The notes: generated by a model from the letters alone, not told the origin. A stretch of DNA of 64,000 nucleotides from a candidate division FCPU426 bacterium (GCA_963847625.1 CAWKAR010000063.1:1-64000); one strand, 5' to 3'. Positions 36,581 to 47,880 are shown, counted from the first letter of the stretch. Made by a program: numbers and translations.

Positions 36581-38344
36581 ATGAATTTCAACGATTGGAA
36601 GAATCTCCTTCTCAAGATGCCTGGAGCGAAACAAGCCAAGGTCTATCTTGCCCGGCAAGGCCATAGTGAATCGGAAGCCGACATAGGCGGCCTGGCAGTG
36701 GCGCTCTTGTCCCTTCTCATATTGATCATCCTCTTCAATAGTTTCCTTTTCGGAATCATCATCGCCTTTTCCGAAACCCTTTGGAGCTATTGCCGGCAAA
36801 ACACGGTGGAAGCCACGGGCATAGGGATCTTCGGTACCGTCATGTTCCTGGCTATTCTTTTCAAGATGCTTCATAAAAAGGAGGAAAAACTAAAGGAACA
36901 GGATATGGAGAAGCGGCGCAAACGCCACAAGTTGGACGAGAAACGGCAGTACATCAAAAAAGGCGCCATGGGGAATTTCGAGGAGGTATTCCGCTTCCTG
37001 CTTTCGGAGAAATGCTCGGACATCGAGATCAAGTCGGTCCATACCATCGATTTAACGCCCCGCATCCGGTTTGCGGCGAGGAAGTTCATCGCGGAGGATG
37101 ATTCGGATGTGAACAAGAATTTCCAGTTATTCCGGGAAGCCCTTTTCAAGGACTCCCTGAGCGTAATTGAAATGTGCTTCCAGGTCTCGGAAAACATCCC
37201 TTCCGTCATCGTCGACGCCATGATGAGTTTCATCGACCGAAAGGCCAAATACTACGACGGCACGGTTTTAAGCGTGAAGGCCAAGCGGGAGACATTCAAG
37301 GGAATTGACCTGGAAAAAACCACCCCTTTCAAGATCCTGGCTTCATTCGACCTTCGTTACAACGACGGCATGGAGGTTCAGCCCTTGCCGGAGGACGTCA
37401 GTAAACAGGCAAGGGTGCTGGAAAAATTGAAAGAAAAGGCCCCGAAGCTCAACGTGTTCTACGAGACCAAACGCACCGCCATCAGTGATGGCTGGGAAAA
37501 GCCTAAGGACTTGGATGACGTACCGGCCAAAGCCATCGATACCCTCCGGGAAAAGAACATGAGCGAGATGCCCCTGGCCGAATTCCAGGACTTGGCCGTG
37601 GGCCTCCTGGGAAAGCTCGGTTTTGACGTGCGAAAAGTCAAAAAAATTCCCGGAGGGACCCTCCAGATACAGGCCGATTTTCCCCACCCCGTGATCGGGG
37701 GAAATTTCATGGTGCTGGCCCGCCAATACCCGGAAACCGCTCCCGTGCACCTCGACTTAGTCCGGGAGTTGGACGAATTGACTCGGGAGGAGTCCTGTAA
37801 GAGGGGAATCTATCTCGTCACGGGCCTATTCACGGAGGAAGCCAGGAATACCTCCAAGAAACTGGCTGTGGATTTGGTGGATGGCCGCCGGATCGCTGAA
37901 TTGCTGGATGGGCCGCCTTATGAGGACCGTTGGTCTATCCGGGTTGTGGACGAGACCGGCAAGGTCATGGACTTGAGCCGGATGTCCCTCCTGGACTTTC
38001 AGCAAGAAGTGGACCAATTCCTGAAAAGCATGGGTTTCAGAGTCGTGAAAATCCGGCGTGACCCGGGAGGGTCCGTTGTCGCGGTGGCTGAGCATCCCCA
38101 TCCCGTGACGGGGGGGAAATTTGCCGTGCTAGCCAGGCAATTTCCGGCCGACACCCGGGTTGAGGCGGAAGTGGTCAGCGAATTCGCCCTGATCATGAAA
38201 ACCGAATTTTGCCAGCGCGGTATTTTAATGGTGCCGGCCGAGTTCGCGAGGGACTCCCAGGCGCTCGCGCGCTTTTCGGGGGTTGAACTAGTGGACCGGA
38301 ACACCTGGGAGAACTTGCGCCGCCACAGGGAAATCAACGGCTGA
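36581..38344 (+). CDS. Membrane-anchored protein with two Mrr-like restriction-endonuclease-fold domains
   Basis: 2 TM helices; repeated FQ..V..L...GF.V, VREL...GI.VT..FT.EA....V.LVDG pattern. Confidence 0.75.
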   Translation: MNFNDWKNLLLKMPGAKQAKVYLARQGHSESEADIGGLAVALLSLLILIILFNSFLFGIIIAFSETLWSYCRQNTVEATGIGIFGTVMFLAILFKMLHKKEEKLKEQDMEKRRKRHKLDEKRQYIKKGAMGNFEEVFRFLLSEKCSDIEIKSVHTIDLTPRIRFAARKFIAEDDSDVNKNFQLFREALFKDSLSVIEMCFQVSENIPSVIVDAMMSFIDRKAKYYDGTVLSVKAKRETFKGIDLEKTTPFKILASFDLRYNDGMEVQPLPEDVSKQARVLEKLKEKAPKLNVFYETKRTAISDGWEKPKDLDDVPAKAIDTLREKNMSEMPLAEFQDLAVGLLGKLGFDVRKVKKIPGGTLQIQADFPHPVIGGNFMVLARQYPETAPVHLDLVRELDELTREESCKRGIYLVTGLFTEEARNTSKKLAVDLVDGRRIAELLDGPPYEDRWSIRVVDETGKVMDLSRMSLLDFQQEVDQFLKSMGFRVVKIRRDPGGSVVAVAEHPHPVTGGKFAVLARQFPADTRVEAEVVSEFALIMKTEFCQRGILMVPAEFARDSQALARFSGVELVDRNTWENLRRHREING

Positions 38345-38408
38345 ACCCCTTGACAGACGACGGAAGTGGAAGTATTCATTGTTACCAAATCATCCAAGGA
38401 GGTTCCCC

Positions 38409-38828
38409 GTGTCACCTAAACGCCGTCATAAGAATGAATTCATGGATGATGAAGAACCCATCGAAGAGGAAGATCTGAAAGACGATGAAGACGAGGATGA
38501 GGACGAAGGCCTGGAGGAAGAAGAGACTATCGACTTGGAAAAAGCCAAGAAAGAGGAAGAGGATGAGGAAGACGATGAGGAGGAAGAAGAGGACGTCCTA
38601 GGCGATACTGTAGCGGATATCGAGAGGCGCCGCATCTTCCAACACGAGGCCGAGGACTTGTTGGAAAACTTGACCCTGGACGACGTCCGGGATGTCCTGA
38701 AGGAAAACGGATTGGACACCGACCTCGCTTCGCGCGTTAAGAAACTCCTGGCTGAAGTGATCAGCGAGGGGGAAGTGTCGTCCATGGATGAGGCCTGGGC
38801 GGAAGCTTTCGAACGAATAGAGGATTAA
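38409..38828 (+). CDS. Highly acidic hypothetical protein
   Basis: GTG start after GGAGG; long D/E tracts; terminator follows. Confidence 0.75.
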   Translation: MSPKRRHKNEFMDDEEPIEEEDLKDDEDEDEDEGLEEEETIDLEKAKKEEEDEEDDEEEEEDVLGDTVADIERRRIFQHEAEDLLENLTLDDVRDVLKENGLDTDLASRVKKLLAEVISEGEVSSMDEAWAEAFERIED

Positions 38829-38842
38829 TCTATTCACCATTC

Positions 38843-38878
38843 AAAATGCCGGACTGGGAACCCGTCCGGCATTTTTTT
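38843..38878 (+). terminator. Rho-independent terminator
   Basis: AAAATGCCGGAC-loop-GTCCGGCATTTTTTT. Confidence 0.88.
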
Positions 38879-38937
38879 AGGCAAATGAAACCAAAACTTA
38901 TACCGACCCCACTCTTTGTGCTAAACTTGACCGCACC

Positions 38938-39465
38938 ATGCTGAAGGATTATTTCCAAAAACTGAAAACCATCTGGACGAGGACCTCCGAATTTTACGAA
39001 AACATCCTGGGCCGGGGCGATTCTTCGGAAGCGACGCGCTTCGCGGCGTTTACGGGAATCCTGGTGGCCTTGGAATTGAGTTTCGCGGAGGTTGTGAACG
39101 GGGGCTCGATGACCATGGTGGCCTTGGTGACGGTGATGATGTTTGTTTTTACGCCTTTTTTAACCTTGGCCTGGGTTTACCTTTGGGCCGGATTCATTCG
39201 GCTTTGCGGGTTGCTTTTGGGTGAGAAACTCCCCTTGGAAACTATCCAGTTGGTGGTGGCTTATTCCTCCGCGGGTTTGGTGACCCTGGGGGTCGGGTTT
39301 TTGTGGGGAAAGTGGCTCGCTCTCATCACGGTCATTTTTCAGGTTTTGGGGGCTGAAAGGGCCTTAAAATGTTCCAGAAGGATGGCGGCGGTATACGTGA
39401 TGCTGCCCGTCTCGATGGTGATGGTTTTGCTGGGGATTTTCACACTTATGTTCAAGGTGTTTTAA
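38938..39465 (+). CDS. Yip1-like membrane protein
   Basis: About 5 TM helices; T..VVAYSS motif. Confidence 0.65.
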   Translation: MLKDYFQKLKTIWTRTSEFYENILGRGDSSEATRFAAFTGILVALELSFAEVVNGGSMTMVALVTVMMFVFTPFLTLAWVYLWAGFIRLCGLLLGEKLPLETIQLVVAYSSAGLVTLGVGFLWGKWLALITVIFQVLGAERALKCSRRMAAVYVMLPVSMVMVLLGIFTLMFKVF

Positions 39466-39843
39466 ATGGCTAACCCCGTTGCTGTTAAAAAAGACTCTTC
39501 GGTTCTTCCCGAAAAAACCCGGAAAAGTCCCGCCCGAAAAACCGCCCAAGTTCCGGCTTTAGAAAATTCCAACATTGGCCAGGAAGCCAACCAGAATCTC
39601 GTCACTTCCTTCCGCTGGGGTTGGTACGGGCTTTCCTTTTTTATTCCCTTCGCCGGCATATTCATCGGCTTGTTTCTTTATGACCAGGATTCCAGGGAAG
39701 TCCGGAAAGTCGGGCGAAACTCCCTTTTGCTGGGTTTTCTCGTTTGGGTGGTATTCCCCATGTTTGTCCTGCTGGGTTTGGTTTTCCTGGGGACCCTAAC
39801 GGCCCTTTCCTGGTTATCCGACCTCATTCCTCCGATGAATTGA
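39466..39843 (+). CDS. Hypothetical membrane protein
   Basis: LSFFIPFAGIFIG..GRNSLLLG; directly abuts the upstream gene. Confidence 0.7.
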   Translation: MANPVAVKKDSSVLPEKTRKSPARKTAQVPALENSNIGQEANQNLVTSFRWGWYGLSFFIPFAGIFIGLFLYDQDSREVRKVGRNSLLLGFLVWVVFPMFVLLGLVFLGTLTALSWLSDLIPPMN

Positions 39844-39903
39844 CACTTGGTTTTTTTGAGAGTCTCCGCTGAAAGCCCAACTTTTTTTTCTAAGGATGCC
39901 CGA

Positions 39904-40635
39904 TTGCCCTCCATTCTCATAACCGGCGGTACCCGGGGGATTGGCTTAGCCCTTTCAAAAGCCTTTGCCTGCAAGGGATGGAAGGTGGCGTCCTGCTACC
40001 ACTTGGACGAGGAATCTGCGCAAAAGGCGCGTACTGAAATGTCGCGGCTCACCCCGGATTACCTGTTGGAAAAATGCGACGTCACCGTTGAAAAAACGGT
40101 TTCTAAAATGGTGAAGGAACTGGCGGATCAATGGGACGGGCTGGATTGCGTCATTCATAATGCCGGGGCTACCTCGAACGCCAGGATTTTAAATACCGAG
40201 GAGACCCAGTGGGAGGACACCCTGGCGGTCCATTTGAAAGGGGCCTTTTTGATTTCAAAGGCGGCGTTGAGGTCCATGCTCCGGCGCAGGTCCGGCCACT
40301 TGATCTTCATTTCCTCGATTGTTGGCACCACCGGGAACATCGGCCAGGGCGCTTACACGGCCGCCAAGGCGGGCCTCGTGGGGTTCTCGCGCAGCCTGGC
40401 CCAGGAATATGGCTCTAAGAACATCCGCTCCAATGTTGTCTGCCCGGGTTTCCATAAAACCGGCCTTTCCAGCGGCCTTACTCCCCAGGCCGAGGAAACC
40501 ATCCGGAAGAATCATCTCTTGGATAAGACCGCCAACCTGGATGAAGTCGCCGATTTCATGGTTTGGTTGGCCGGCGCGACCTCTATTTCGGGCCAAGTAT
40601 TCAACTTGGATTCGCGGATACCCGGTTGGCTATGA
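39904..40635 (+). CDS. SDR oxidoreductase, FabG-like
   Basis: ITGGTRGIG, HNAG, ISSIVG..GNIGQGAYTAAKAG; start position uncertain. Confidence 0.9.
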   Translation: MPSILITGGTRGIGLALSKAFACKGWKVASCYHLDEESAQKARTEMSRLTPDYLLEKCDVTVEKTVSKMVKELADQWDGLDCVIHNAGATSNARILNTEETQWEDTLAVHLKGAFLISKAALRSMLRRRSGHLIFISSIVGTTGNIGQGAYTAAKAGLVGFSRSLAQEYGSKNIRSNVVCPGFHKTGLSSGLTPQAEETIRKNHLLDKTANLDEVADFMVWLAGATSISGQVFNLDSRIPGWL

Positions 40636-40719
40636 CAGCCGGAAAACGGTACCATTAAATTAAGAAGCGCCTGATCCAAAGCTTCTTTATAGATTAAAAT
40701 ATACCTTCGGAAAATAACC

Positions 40720-41874
40720 ATGAGCTTTTTGGACGACATTCACGAAGAACTGGACGAATTGGAAAGCCAAGGCCTTCGGCGGCGCCTGAGGGAGGTGGAT
40801 TCCCTGGGGGGCATGAAGGCCGCCGTCCATAACCGGGAATGCGTCCTCTTTTGCACCAACAACTACTTGGGTTTGGCGGACCATCCGCACGTGCTGGAGC
40901 GTTCCCAACAGGCCTTGCGTCGTTATGGCGCTGGCGCTCAGGCGTCCCGGCTTATTTCGGGCCATTTTCCCATCCATCGGGAGTTGGAAGAAAAGACCGC
41001 GGCCTTCAAGGGCTCGAAATCCTGCCTGGCTTTTCCGAGCGGCTACATGGCCAACCTAGCGGGGGTCTGCGCCTTGGCGGGGGAAGGTGACGCCATCCTC
41101 TGCGACCGGCTCAACCATGCCAGCCTCATCGACGCTTGCCGCATGTCCAAGGCCAAGCTCCTAGTTTACGAACACCTCAACCTGGACGGCCTCGAGAAAC
41201 AATTGTCGCGGTCGGTAAAATACCGGCGCCGCTTGATCGTCACGGACGCCCTTTTCAGCATGGACGGGGACTTAGCGCCCCTCCTGAAAATCATGGAACA
41301 GGCCCATGGGCACGAGGCCCTCGTGATGGTGGACGACGCGCATGGCACCGGGGTCCTGGGGCCGGGGGGCCGGGGGATCACCCATCATTTTCCACTGAAG
41401 CATTTCCCGACCGTCGTGATGGGCACCTATAGCAAGGCCTTGGGCAGCCTGGGCGGGTTCTTGTGCGGCGCCGGGGAATTCATCGAGTATTTAATGAATA
41501 ATGCTCGTACCTTTATTTACACGACCGGGCTTCCGCCGGCGGTTTGCGGAGCCTCGCTGGGCGCTTTGGAGGTGCTTGAACAGGAACCCCGGAGAGTGGA
41601 ACGCTTATGGGAAAATGCCAGGAAAATACGGGAAGGTTTGAGGACCCTGGGGTATGAAATCTCCACGGGAGTCGGGCCCATATTACCGGTCATCGTCGGG
41701 GATAATGAGGAAGCGGTGAAGATGTCGGATAAACTGTTGGAAGAGGGAATTCTCGTGGTGGCCATCCGGCCACCGACGGTGCCAAAAGGTACGGCCCGCT
41801 TGAGGTTATCGGTTTCAAGCGAGCATTCGGAAGCTGATATCGACAAGCTTTTAAACGCGTTTAAAAAACTATAG
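40720..41874 (+). CDS. bioF: 8-amino-7-oxononanoate synthase
   Basis: NNYLGLA, DRLNHASLID, FSMDGD, DDAHG, GTYSKALG, IRPPTVP. Confidence 0.95.
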   Translation: MSFLDDIHEELDELESQGLRRRLREVDSLGGMKAAVHNRECVLFCTNNYLGLADHPHVLERSQQALRRYGAGAQASRLISGHFPIHRELEEKTAAFKGSKSCLAFPSGYMANLAGVCALAGEGDAILCDRLNHASLIDACRMSKAKLLVYEHLNLDGLEKQLSRSVKYRRRLIVTDALFSMDGDLAPLLKIMEQAHGHEALVMVDDAHGTGVLGPGGRGITHHFPLKHFPTVVMGTYSKALGSLGGFLCGAGEFIEYLMNNARTFIYTTGLPPAVCGASLGALEVLEQEPRRVERLWENARKIREGLRTLGYEISTGVGPILPVIVGDNEEAVKMSDKLLEEGILVVAIRPPTVPKGTARLRLSVSSEHSEADIDKLLNAFKKL

Positions 41875-41954
41875 GACCCTGACGCGCCATCCGGCTTTTT
41901 TCCGCCTGGAACCAAGTTTTATCCGGGTTTCATAAGCTTCAAAAAACGGGATGA

Positions 41955-42644
<690 letters not shown>

Positions 42645-42674
42645 GACTCGCAATGAAGAATAAAGAAATAAAAA

Positions 42675-44039
42675 ATGAATTACAAAAAATTAGCAGCGAT
42701 CGATAAAAAATACCTCTGGCATCCCTTCACCCAGCAGCAGGAGTGGGAAAAAGACCCGGATATTCCCATCATTGTCCGCGGCAAGGGGACTTACCTTTAC
42801 GACTCCATGGGCAAAAGGTACCTGGACGGGGTGTCGTCCCTTTGGTGCAACGTCCACGGGCACCGGGTTCCGGAAATCGATCGGGCCATCCAAAAGCAAC
42901 TGGGTAAGATCGCCCATTCCACCCTGCTTGGAGCTTCCAACGAGCCTGCGGTTTTATTGGCGCGGGAGCTGGTGGAAACCGCGCCGAAGGGGTTAACCCG
43001 GGTTTTCTATTCGGACTCGGGTTCGGAGGCCAATGAAATCGCCGCGAAGATGGCCTTCCAATATTGGAAACAGGCCAAACCCGCCAAACCGAAAAAAAAC
43101 CTGTTCCTGACGGTTCGGGAGGGATACCACGGGGACACCCTCGGCTCAGTCAGCCTCGGAGGGGTGGAACTTTTCCACGGAATCTTCGGCCCGCTCCTCT
43201 TTAAAACCCTGAAAGTCAAAAGCCCTCATGATTATCCCAGCCGTCATGTTTCCAATGAAAAATGGCTAGGGGACTGTGTCCGGGAAGCCAAGGGGGTGTT
43301 CCGGAAATACGGTTCCCGGCTTGCGGCGGTCCATATGGAGCCCTTGATCGAGGGGGCAGGCGGGATGCTGGTGCACCCGCGGGGCTACCTCAAAGTCCTC
43401 CGGAGGCTTTGCGATCAATACAACGTCCTTTTGATTTTGGACGAGGTCGCTACGGGTTTTGGAAGAACCGGCACGATGTTCGCGTGCGAGCAGGAAGGAG
43501 TATCGCCTGATCTCATGTGCCTGGCCAAGAATCTGACGGGCGGGTACTTACCCATCGCGGCGACTTTGACGACCGAGAGGATTTACCGGGCCTTCCTGGG
43601 GAAATTCGAGTCCCTGCGGACCTTTTACCACGGTCATACTTTCACGGGGAACCAGTTAGGATGCGCAGCGGCTCTCGCGAACCTGAAATTGATTCAGAAG
43701 AAAGGCTTCCTGGAGCGGGTCCGTGAGAAGGGGCGGTTGCTGGAAGCCATGCTGGCGCCGTTAAAGTCACATGCCCACGTGGGTGACATCCGACTTCGCG
43801 GCCTCATGGGCGGGATTGAACTGATCCGGGATAAAAAAACGAATGAGTCTTATACCTATCGCCTCAAGATGGGTTACCGGGTCTGCGCTGAAGCGAAAAA
43901 AAGAGGCGTGCTACTGCGCCCGCTAGGAAACGTGATCGTCCTCATGCCGCCATTGGCGATGACCAAGAAGGACCTGGTCTATTTGGCCCAAACCATCTTC
44001 CGGAGCATCTGCCGGGCCACAGAGGTTCGTTTTTCATAA
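42675..44039 (+). CDS. bioA: Adenosylmethionine-8-amino-7-oxononanoate transaminase
   Basis: LWHPFTQ, SSLWCNVHGH, YHGDT, DEVATGFGRTG, HGHTFTGN. Confidence 0.96.
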   Translation: MNYKKLAAIDKKYLWHPFTQQQEWEKDPDIPIIVRGKGTYLYDSMGKRYLDGVSSLWCNVHGHRVPEIDRAIQKQLGKIAHSTLLGASNEPAVLLARELVETAPKGLTRVFYSDSGSEANEIAAKMAFQYWKQAKPAKPKKNLFLTVREGYHGDTLGSVSLGGVELFHGIFGPLLFKTLKVKSPHDYPSRHVSNEKWLGDCVREAKGVFRKYGSRLAAVHMEPLIEGAGGMLVHPRGYLKVLRRLCDQYNVLLILDEVATGFGRTGTMFACEQEGVSPDLMCLAKNLTGGYLPIAATLTTERIYRAFLGKFESLRTFYHGHTFTGNQLGCAAALANLKLIQKKGFLERVREKGRLLEAMLAPLKSHAHVGDIRLRGLMGGIELIRDKKTNESYTYRLKMGYRVCAEAKKRGVLLRPLGNVIVLMPPLAMTKKDLVYLAQTIFRSICRATEVRFS

Positions 44040-44055
44040 GTTCTTGTGTTAAAGT

Positions 44056-45414
44056 ATGCCGCCCATGAAGAAAAAAAATCATAATCTTCGCTCAACCAAG
44101 ACCGTGGCCGTGATCAGCCTAGGCTGTCCCAAGAACACCGTGGATTCGGAGGTCATGCTGGGGAAACTGGCCCAGGACCATTACAAGATCGTGGCGGACC
44201 CGGCCGGGGCTGAGATTGTTATTGTTAACACCTGCGGATTCATCGAGGCCGCGAAGAAGGAATCCATCGATACCATCCTGGACATGGCGAAACTCCGGAA
44301 AACAGGAAACTTGAAGTCCTTGGTGGTGGGGGGATGCCTAGCCCAGCGCTACGGGGAAGAACTCAAAAGGGAACTGCCCGAGATCGACATTCTCTTTGGC
44401 TTGAACGACGTGGAAAAGGTGACGGAGAAAATAAAGAATTCATCGTTGGTGGTTACTCCTCATGAAGCCACCTATGTTTATGACGCTTCCTCCCCCCGCC
44501 TGCTCTCAACTCCCGGATATTATGCCTATGTGAAGATCTCGGAAGGCTGTGACCTCCCCTGTACTTTCTGCATCATTCCCAAAATCAGGGGCAGTCATCG
44601 CAGCCGTTCCATGGAAGATATAGAAAAGGAAGCGCGTAATTTGGCGGCCATGGGGGTGCGGGAAATTTGCCTAGTCGCCCAGGACAGCACTTGGTACGGT
44701 TCAGATCTGTATGGGAAGCCCCGGATTTCGGAACTGCTGGTGCGTTTGTCAAAAGTGGAAAGGTTGGAGTGGATCAGGCTTCATTATCTATATCCCAGCC
44801 GGGTGACGGATGACTTGATGGAAGTGATGGCTATCAATGATAAAATTTGCCCTTATTTTGATATCCCGTTCCAACACGCCAACGATCGAATCCTGAAATC
44901 CATGCGAAGAATAGGGAATAAAAGCCTGTTGGAGGGCCTTGTCCATAAAATCCATTCCCGAATCCCGAAAGCTTCCATCCGCTCGACTTTTATCGTTGGT
45001 TTTCCGGGTGAAACAGAGCATGATTTTGAGGAATTGCTCGATTTTTTAAAAGGTTCCCGGATGGATTATGTGGGTTTTTTCCCCTATTCTCAGGAGGAAA
45101 ACACCCCCGCCGGGGCCATGGAATCCCAGGTGCCGGAAAAGGTGAAAAAAGAAAGACTGGCCCAGGCCAGCCAAACCCAGGAGAACCTGGCCGAGAAATC
45201 TCACCAGCGATGGGTTGGGGATAAACTAACTGCAGTCGTGGAATCAATAGAAAGCGGGGAAGATGTCCAGGGGCGGACCAAGTACCAGGCACCGGAAGTG
45301 GATGGGATCGTTCATATTGAGGGGCTAAAAAAAGCGAGGATCGGACAGAAGGTGGAAGTGGTTCTCTCCCATACTCTTGGGCAGGATTTGGTGGGGGAAG
45401 CCGTTCTTAAATAA
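44056..45414 (+). CDS. rimO: Ribosomal protein S12 methylthiotransferase
   Basis: SLGCPKN.VDSE, NTCGFI, KISEGCDLPCTFCIIP, APEVDG. Confidence 0.96.
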   Translation: MPPMKKKNHNLRSTKTVAVISLGCPKNTVDSEVMLGKLAQDHYKIVADPAGAEIVIVNTCGFIEAAKKESIDTILDMAKLRKTGNLKSLVVGGCLAQRYGEELKRELPEIDILFGLNDVEKVTEKIKNSSLVVTPHEATYVYDASSPRLLSTPGYYAYVKISEGCDLPCTFCIIPKIRGSHRSRSMEDIEKEARNLAAMGVREICLVAQDSTWYGSDLYGKPRISELLVRLSKVERLEWIRLHYLYPSRVTDDLMEVMAINDKICPYFDIPFQHANDRILKSMRRIGNKSLLEGLVHKIHSRIPKASIRSTFIVGFPGETEHDFEELLDFLKGSRMDYVGFFPYSQEENTPAGAMESQVPEKVKKERLAQASQTQENLAEKSHQRWVGDKLTAVVESIESGEDVQGRTKYQAPEVDGIVHIEGLKKARIGQKVEVVLSHTLGQDLVGEAVLK

Positions 45415-45482
45415 ACTTCCAATCTTTAATCCCGCGTTTTTATACTCTATGGGTTGAACAGTTTCTTAAATCGAGGTGGCCT

Positions 45483-46151
45483 TTGGCCGAGGTAGTAAAA
45501 CCAATTAAACAATCCCGTTGGAACGCGCCCAACCTGGTGACCTTGTCCCGGATATTGGTGACGCCGATCTTCCTGGTGCTGATATTCCGCAATGAGTTGT
45601 GGGCCAAGTGGACGGCGGGAATTTTATTCGCCTGGGGCGCGTTCAGCGATTACCTGGACGGTTACCTCGCAAGAAAATACCAATTAAAAACCGCGTTTGG
45701 GACCCTATTCGATCCCCTGGCGGACAAAATCCTATTCATCTCGGTGATGCTGGCTTTCGTCCAACTCCTATTGGTTCCGGCCTGGATGGTGGTCATCATC
45801 GCCGGGCGGGAATTTCTCATCACAGGACTTCGCCAGTACGCCCAAAGCCTGAACGTCATCATCGCCGCTAGCCGGGGGGGCAAGCATAAGACCGTTTCCC
45901 AAATCGTGGCGATCTCCGTGATCCTGGCTATTGTCTGCGTGAAGGCAACGCTGGAAAAATACCAGTTGGGTAAATACCAAGGAAATTGGGATCTATTTGC
46001 CGCGCAGATGGGAACGGCGGGGGAATTGATGAATAATGTGATTTTGTACGGCCCCTATTGGCTCATGTTTTACGCCACCGTCATGTCCATCATCTCCGGC
46101 GTGGATTACCTGGTCCGGAATTGGCATGTTGTCAGCGGGAAGAAAAAATGA
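45483..46151 (+). CDS. pgsA: CDP-diacylglycerol--glycerol-3-phosphate phosphatidyltransferase
   Basis: PNLVTLSRI, DYLDGYLARK..FGTLFDPLADK, REFLITGLR. Confidence 0.95.
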   Translation: MAEVVKPIKQSRWNAPNLVTLSRILVTPIFLVLIFRNELWAKWTAGILFAWGAFSDYLDGYLARKYQLKTAFGTLFDPLADKILFISVMLAFVQLLLVPAWMVVIIAGREFLITGLRQYAQSLNVIIAASRGGKHKTVSQIVAISVILAIVCVKATLEKYQLGKYQGNWDLFAAQMGTAGELMNNVILYGPYWLMFYATVMSIISGVDYLVRNWHVVSGKKK

Positions 46152-46606
46152 AAATCATCAATTTTTTAACCGCGACTTTTTTCGGAATCGGGAAGATTCC
46201 CGGGGCCCCCGGAACCTGGGCTTCCATTGTCGCAATGTTTCTTTTTTACCATCTGGTAAACCAGCCTTTCCATCTGGGGGCGATCCTGGCGGTTGTTTTC
46301 TTCGTTGGCGTTTACGCATCAGGCCGGCTGGAAAAGGAGATGAAAGAGAAGGATCCTTCCTGCGCGGTGATCGATGAGGTTTTGGGGATGGGTGTGGCCA
46401 TGCTGGCCATCCCGGCGGTATGGTATTACGTCCTGATGGCCTTCATTTTTTTCAGGTTGTTTGACATCTGGAAACCCTTTCCCATCCGCAAGTTAGAAAA
46501 GCTTCCCGGGGGCTGGGGAATCATGACCGATGACCTATTGGCCGGCATCTACGCCAATGTCTGGATTCGAATCGGGGCCTACTTGGTTAAATTCATGTCG
46601 TTATAA
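46148..46606 (+). CDS. pgpA: Phosphatidylglycerophosphatase A
   Basis: APGTWAS, DPSCAVIDEV, FRLFDIWKP, GIMTDDLLAG. Confidence 0.95.
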   Translation: MKIINFLTATFFGIGKIPGAPGTWASIVAMFLFYHLVNQPFHLGAILAVVFFVGVYASGRLEKEMKEKDPSCAVIDEVLGMGVAMLAIPAVWYYVLMAFIFFRLFDIWKPFPIRKLEKLPGGWGIMTDDLLAGIYANVWIRIGAYLVKFMSL

Positions 46607-46620
46607 GAAGGGCGGAAACC

Positions 46621-47880
46621 TTGAACGCGGAAATCATTGCCATCGGGACGGAAATGCTTTTAGGACAGTCCGTGGACACCAACTCCTCATGGATCGCGGG
46701 CGAAATGGCTCTGTTGGGCGTGGATGTTTATTCCTTCCAGGCCGTGGGGGACAACGAGAAAAGGGCCGAAACGGCCATCAAATCAGCCTGTGAGAGGAGC
46801 CAGTTGGTGGTGACGACGGGAGGCTTGGGGTCCACGGTGGACGACGTGACCCGCAAGGCCGCCGCCAAGGCGGCACAAAAACAGTTGGTTTTCCACGAGG
46901 AAATCGCCAAGAAAATCGAGGAGCGTTTTTCCCGGTTCCAACCGGGACGCGCTTTTCCGAGGGTGAACGTGAACCAGGCTTTCGTCCCGCAAGGCGCCAG
47001 CGTCATACCCAACCCGAACGGAACGGCTCCCGGTTTCATCGTCAAGGTGGGGAAGGCCCACCTGGCCTGCCTGCCCGGTGTTCCCGAAGAAATGAAGGCC
47101 ATGTTTGAGGCGACGGTGAATCCCTTGATCAAGACCCTCTCGCCAACCGGTAACATCATTAAGTCGCGGGTTTACCGCACCACGGGGATTTCTGAGTCCC
47201 TACTCAACGAGAAAATCGTGGACCTGTTCGAGAAATCCACCAATCCCACCGTGGGAGTCCTGGCTCATCCGGAAGGAGTGGATATCCGGTTGACCGCCAA
47301 GGCCGCCACCGGGGAAGAGGCGGACGCCCTGATCGATACCTTGGGAAAGGCCCTGACTTCCCGATTGCCCAACCACCTCTATGGCTGGGACAAGGACAGC
47401 CTGGAATCCCTCGTGGGACAAATGCTCACGACGAGGCATTTGACCCTGGCGGTGGCGGAATCCTGCACCGGCGGTCTGATCGCCCATCGGATCACCTTGG
47501 TGCCGGGCAGCTCCAATTATTTCAAGGCCGGTTACGTGGTCTACAGCAATGAATCCAAAACGGAAACCTTGAAGGTGGATGCCGGTCTGATCCGTCAAAA
47601 GGGCGCCGTGAGCCTGGAAGTGGCCAAGGCTCTGGCCGAAGGCGCCAGTAAAACGGGGAAGGCCGATGTCGGTCTTTCCACGACGGGAATCGCGGGTCCT
47701 TCCGGAGGTTCAAAGGACAAACCAGTCGGGTTGGTTTACATCGGCATCGCCGACGACCAAACCAGCCAGGCTTTCGAATTCCACTTCCCCGGAAACCGTG
47801 AAACTATCAAAAAGAGAGCCAGCCAAGCGGCCTTGGATCTGTTACGACGCCATTGCCTTCAGATGGCACTGACGGATTGA
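46621..47880 (+). CDS. cinA: Competence/damage-inducible protein CinA
   Basis: IGTEMLLG..VDTN, TGGLG, GTAPG, LPGVP, AESCTGG, TGIAGP. Confidence 0.96.
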   Translation: MNAEIIAIGTEMLLGQSVDTNSSWIAGEMALLGVDVYSFQAVGDNEKRAETAIKSACERSQLVVTTGGLGSTVDDVTRKAAAKAAQKQLVFHEEIAKKIEERFSRFQPGRAFPRVNVNQAFVPQGASVIPNPNGTAPGFIVKVGKAHLACLPGVPEEMKAMFEATVNPLIKTLSPTGNIIKSRVYRTTGISESLLNEKIVDLFEKSTNPTVGVLAHPEGVDIRLTAKAATGEEADALIDTLGKALTSRLPNHLYGWDKDSLESLVGQMLTTRHLTLAVAESCTGGLIAHRITLVPGSSNYFKAGYVVYSNESKTETLKVDAGLIRQKGAVSLEVAKALAEGASKTGKADVGLSTTGIAGPSGGSKDKPVGLVYIGIADDQTSQAFEFHFPGNRETIKKRASQAALDLLRRHCLQMALTD

